Below, one piece after another: positions 11,943 through 15,529 of a DNA stretch of 15,529 bases. Source of the DNA: a virus (Duplodnaviria > Heunggongvirae > Uroviricota > Caudoviricetes); the IMG/VR virus record IMGVR_UViG_2681813263_000002; one strand, written 5' to 3'. A program made the position numbers and the translations under genes. Positions within the stretch are counted from its first letter, which is position 1. Every line of letters starts with the position of its first letter. The notes under the pieces are model-generated. The model saw only the letters and a list, made by a program, of their open reading frames with translations, searched no databases and was not told where the DNA came from.

Positions 11943-14496
11943 ACCGGTAGGCGATCTGGTCGTTGATTTGAGTCTGGATGCGGCCAGATTTGACGAGCAG
12001 ATGGCCAGAGTCAGGCGTCATTTTTCCGGTACGGAAAGTGATGCGAAAAAAACAGCGGCAGTCGTTGAACAGTCGCTGAGCCGACAGGCGCTGGCTGCAC
12101 AGAAAGCGGGGATTTCCGTCGGGCAGTATAAAGCCGCCATGCGTATGCTGCCTGCACAGTTCACCGACGTGGCCACGCAGCTTGCAGGGGGGCAGAATCC
12201 CTGGCTGATCCTGCTGCAACAGGGTGGTCAGGTTAAGGACTCCTTCGGCGGGATGATCCCCATGTTCAGGGGGCTTGCCGGCGCGATCACCCTGCCGATG
12301 GTGGGGGCCACCTCGCTGGCGGTGGCGACCGGTGCGCTGGCGTATGCCTGGTATCAGGGCAACTCAACCCTGTCCGATTTCAACAAAACGCTGGTCCTTT
12401 CCGGTAATCAGGCGGGACTGACGGCAGATCGTATGCTGGTCCTGTCCAGAGCCGGGCAGGCGGCAGGGCTGACGTTTAACCAGACCAGCGAGTCACTCAG
12501 CGCACTGGTTAAGGCGGGGGTAAGCGGTGAGGCTCAGATTGCGTCCATCAGCCAGAGTGTGGCGCGTTTCTCCTCTGCATCCGGCGTGGAGGTGGACAAG
12601 GTCGCTGAAGCCTTCGGGAAGCTGACCACAGACCCGACGTCGGGGCTGACGGCGATGGCACGCCAGTTCCATAACGTGACGGCGGAGCAGATTGCGTATG
12701 TTGCTCAGTTGCAGCGTTCCGGCGATGAAGCCGGGGCATTGCAGGCGGCGAACGAGGCCGCAACGAAAGGGTTTGATGACCAGACCCGCCGCCTGAAAGA
12801 GAACATGGGCACGCTGGAGACCTGGGCAGACAGGACTGCACGTGCATTCAAATCCATGTGGGATGCGGTGCTGGATATTGGTCGTCCTGATACCGCGCAG
12901 GAGATGCTGATTAAGGCAGAGGCTGCGTTTAAGAAAGCAGACGACATCTGGAATCTGCGCAAGGATGATTATTTCGTTAACGATGAAGCACGGGCGCGTT
13001 ACTGGGATGATCGTGAAAAAAAACGCCTGGAGCGGGATGCAGCCCAAAAGAGGGTAGATCAACAGCGTCAACAGGACAAAAATGCGCAGCAGCAGAGCGA
13101 TACCGAAGCGTCACGGCTGAAATATACCGAAGAGGCGCAGAAGGCTTACGAACGGCTGCAGACGCCGCTGGAGAAATATACCGCCCGTCAGGAAGAACTG
13201 AACAAGGCACTGAAAGACGGAAAAATCCTGCAGGCAGATTACAACACGCTGATGGCGGCGGCGAAAAAGGATTATGAAGCGACGCTGAAAAAGCCGAAAC
13301 AGTCCGGCGTGAAGGTGTATGCGGGCGATCGTCAGGAAGACAGTGCTCATGCGGCCCTGCTGACGCTTCAGGCAGAACTCCGGACGCTGGAGAAGCATGC
13401 CGGAGCGAATGAGAAAATCAGCCAGCAGCGCCGGGATTTGTGGAAGGCAGAAAGTCAGTTCGCGGTACTGGAGGAGGCGGCACAACGTCGCCAGCTGTCC
13501 GCACAGGAGAAATCCCTGCTGGCGCATAAAGACGAGACGCTGGAGTACAAACGCCAGCTGGCTGCACTTGGTGACAAGGTTACGTATCAGGAGCACCTGA
13601 ATGCGCTGGCGCAGCAGGCGGATAAATTCGCACAGCAGCAACGGGCAAAACGGGCAGCCATTGATGCGAAAAACCGGGGGCTGACTGACCGGCAGGCAGC
13701 GCGGGAAGCCACGGAACAGCGCCTGAAGGAACAGTATGGCGATAATCCTCTGGCGCTGAATAACGTCATGTCAGAGCAGAAAAAGACCTGGGCGGCTGAA
13801 GACCAGCTTCGCGGGAGCTGGATGGCAGGCCTGAAGTCCGGCTGGAGTGAGTGGGAAGAGAGCGCCACGGACAGTATGTCACAGGTTAAAAGTGCAGCCA
13901 CGCAGACCTTTGATGGTATTGCACAGAATATGGCGGCGATGCTGACCGGCAGTGAACAGAACTGGCGCAGCTTCACCCGCTCCGTGCTGTCCATGATGAC
14001 AGAAATTCTGCTTAAGCAGGCAATGGTGGGGATTGTCGGGAGTATCGGCAGCGCCATTGGCGGGGCTGTTGGTGGCGGCGCATCCGCGTCAGGTGGTACA
14101 GCCATTCAGGCCGCTGCGGCGAAATTCCATTTTGCAACCGGGGGATTTACGGGAACCGGCGGCAAATATGAGCCAGCGGGGATTGTTCACCGTGGTGAAT
14201 TTGTCTTCACGAAGGAGGCAACCAGCCGGATTGGCGTGGGGAATCTCTACCGGCTGATGCGCGGCTATGCGGAAGGTGGTTATGTGGGCGGTGCCGGAAG
14301 TCCGGCGCAGATGCGGCGGGCTGAAGGCATTAATTTTAATCAGAACAATCACGTGGTGATTCAGAACGACGGTACGAATGGTCTGCCAGGTCCACAGATG
14401 ATGAAGGCCGTGTATGACATGGCCCGCAAGGGTGCCCGTGATGAAATTCAGACACAGATGCGTGATGGTGGCCTGTTCTCCGGAGGTGGACGATGA
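11935..14496 (+). CDS. H: Tail tape measure protein gpH
   Basis: 853-aa ORF, the lambda gpH length, with long charged/coiled-coil-like segments and a Gly/Ala-rich C-terminal region; ATGA overlap with M and 8-nt overlap with the T frame. Position after G/T is the conserved chaperone-tape measure arrangement. Confidence 0.95.
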   Translation: MAEPVGDLVVDLSLDAARFDEQMARVRRHFSGTESDAKKTAAVVEQSLSRQALAAQKAGISVGQYKAAMRMLPAQFTDVATQLAGGQNPWLILLQQGGQVKDSFGGMIPMFRGLAGAITLPMVGATSLAVATGALAYAWYQGNSTLSDFNKTLVLSGNQAGLTADRMLVLSRAGQAAGLTFNQTSESLSALVKAGVSGEAQIASISQSVARFSSASGVEVDKVAEAFGKLTTDPTSGLTAMARQFHNVTAEQIAYVAQLQRSGDEAGALQAANEAATKGFDDQTRRLKENMGTLETWADRTARAFKSMWDAVLDIGRPDTAQEMLIKAEAAFKKADDIWNLRKDDYFVNDEARARYWDDREKKRLERDAAQKRVDQQRQQDKNAQQQSDTEASRLKYTEEAQKAYERLQTPLEKYTARQEELNKALKDGKILQADYNTLMAAAKKDYEATLKKPKQSGVKVYAGDRQEDSAHAALLTLQAELRTLEKHAGANEKISQQRRDLWKAESQFAVLEEAAQRRQLSAQEKSLLAHKDETLEYKRQLAALGDKVTYQEHLNALAQQADKFAQQQRAKRAAIDAKNRGLTDRQAAREATEQRLKEQYGDNPLALNNVMSEQKKTWAAEDQLRGSWMAGLKSGWSEWEESATDSMSQVKSAATQTFDGIAQNMAAMLTGSEQNWRSFTRSVLSMMTEILLKQAMVGIVGSIGSAIGGAVGGGASASGGTAIQAAAAKFHFATGGFTGTGGKYEPAGIVHRGEFVFTKEATSRIGVGNLYRLMRGYAEGGYVGGAGSPAQMRRAEGINFNQNNHVVIQNDGTNGLPGPQMMKAVYDMARKGARDEIQTQMRDGGLFSGGGR

Positions 14497-14822
14497 AAAC
14501 CTTCCGCTGGAAAGTGAAACCCGGTATGGATGTGGCTTCGGCCCCTTCTGTAAGAAAGGTGCGCTTTGGTGATGGCTATTCCCAGCGAGCGCCTGCCGGG
14601 CTGAATGCCAACCTGAAAACGTACAGCGTGACGCTTTCTGTCCCCCGTGAGGAGGCCATGGTACTGGAGTCGTTTCTGGAAGAGCACGGGGGCTGGAAAG
14701 CCTTTCTGTGGACGCCGCCTTATGAGTGGCGGCAGATAAAGGTGACCTGCGCAAAATGGTCGTCGCGGGTCAGTATGCTGCGTGTTGAGTTCAGCGCAGA
14801 GTTTGAACAGGTGGTGAACTGA
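14493..14822 (+). CDS. M: Minor tail (tail tip assembly) protein gpM
   Basis: 109-aa ORF MKTFRWKVKPGMDVASAPSVRKVRFGDGYSQRAPAGLNANLKTYSVTLSVPREE... recognised as lambda gpM. Confidence 0.93.
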   Translation: MKTFRWKVKPGMDVASAPSVRKVRFGDGYSQRAPAGLNANLKTYSVTLSVPREEAMVLESFLEEHGGWKAFLWTPPYEWRQIKVTCAKWSSRVSMLRVEFSAEFEQVVN

Positions 14823-15520
14823 TGCAGGATATCCGGCAGGAAACACTGAATGAATGCACCCGTGCGGAGCAGTCGGCCAGCGTGGTGCTCTGGGAAATCG
14901 ATCTGACAGAGGTCGGTGGAGAACGTTATTTTTTCTGTAATGAGCAGAACGAAAAAGGTGAGCCGGTCACCTGGCAGGGGCGACAGTATCAGCCGTATCC
15001 CATTCAGGGGAGTGGTTTTGAACTGAATGGCAAAGGCACCAGTACGCGCCCCACGCTGATGGTTTCTAACCTGTACGGTATGGTCACCGGGATGGCGGAA
15101 GATCTACAGAGTCTGGTCGGCGGAACGGTGGTCCGGCGTAAGGTTTACGCCCGTTTTCTGGATGCGGTGAACTTCGTCAACGGAAACAGTGACGCCGATC
15201 CGGAGCAGGAGGTGATCAGCCGCTGGCGCATTGAGCAGTGCAGCGAACTGAGCGCGGTGAGTGCCTCTTTTGTACTGTCCACGCCGACGGAAACAGATGG
15301 CGCTGTTTTTCCGGGACGTATCATGCTGGCCAACACCTGCACCTGGACCTATCGCGGCGATGAGTGCGGTTATCACGGTCCGGCGGTCGCGGATGAATAT
15401 GACCAGCCAACGTCCGACATCACGAAGGATAAATGCAGCAAATGCCTGAGTGGCTGTAAGTTTCGCAATAACGTCGGCAACTTTGGCGGCTTCCTTTCCA
15501 TTAACAAACTTTCGCAGTAA
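14822..15520 (+). CDS. L: Minor tail (tail tip) protein gpL with C-terminal cysteine cluster
   Basis: 232-aa ORF MQDIRQETLNECTRAEQSASVVLWEIDLTEVGGERYFFCNEQNEKGEPVTWQGRQYQPY... recognised as lambda gpL; Cys at residues 173, 182, 205, 208 and 212 near the C-terminus. Confidence 0.93.
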   Translation: MQDIRQETLNECTRAEQSASVVLWEIDLTEVGGERYFFCNEQNEKGEPVTWQGRQYQPYPIQGSGFELNGKGTSTRPTLMVSNLYGMVTGMAEDLQSLVGGTVVRRKVYARFLDAVNFVNGNSDADPEQEVISRWRIEQCSELSAVSASFVLSTPTETDGAVFPGRIMLANTCTWTYRGDECGYHGPAVADEYDQPTSDITKDKCSKCLSGCKFRNNVGNFGGFLSINKLSQ

Positions 15521-15529
15521 ATCCCATGA

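Noticed and set aside
12493-14754. Several 170-220-aa minus-strand ORFs antisense to tape measure gene H and M (12493..13071, 13111..13641, 13587..14105, 14089..14754)
   Set aside because: All lie within the 853-aa H frame, which matches lambda gpH length exactly. The biased, repetitive codon use of tape measure genes commonly produces open antisense frames.
15526-15529. ATG 5 nt after the L stop, possibly the start of the next tail gene
   Set aside because: Only 4 nt remain before the window ends, so no call can be supported.

Overview
This window is the packaging and head-tail morphogenesis module of a phage lambda-like (lambdoid) element, all on the + strand in the canonical lambda order: right-end/cosQ-like DNA, cosN, cosB, nu1, A, W, B, C/nu3, D, E, FI, FII, Z, U, V, G/T (with the -1 frameshift site), H, M, L. 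Translated products match lambda proteins as I recall them, and gene lengths and overlap patterns fit lambda; these comparisons are from memory, not a computed alignment. I do not see a novel defence or accessory system in the readable sequence. What deserves a second look: (1) gene C is split into two frames, (2) the right half of the cosN 12-mer differs from lambda inside otherwise conserved flanks, (3) three N-runs, one of which sits inside the portal gene with an exact 56-nt direct repeat on both sides, and (4) two terminator-like hairpins after D and E. Positions 1-170 are unassigned and 171-787 is unreadable, so nothing can be said about what that region holds. Minus-strand ORFs in the track all lie inside + strand genes and are treated as spurious.
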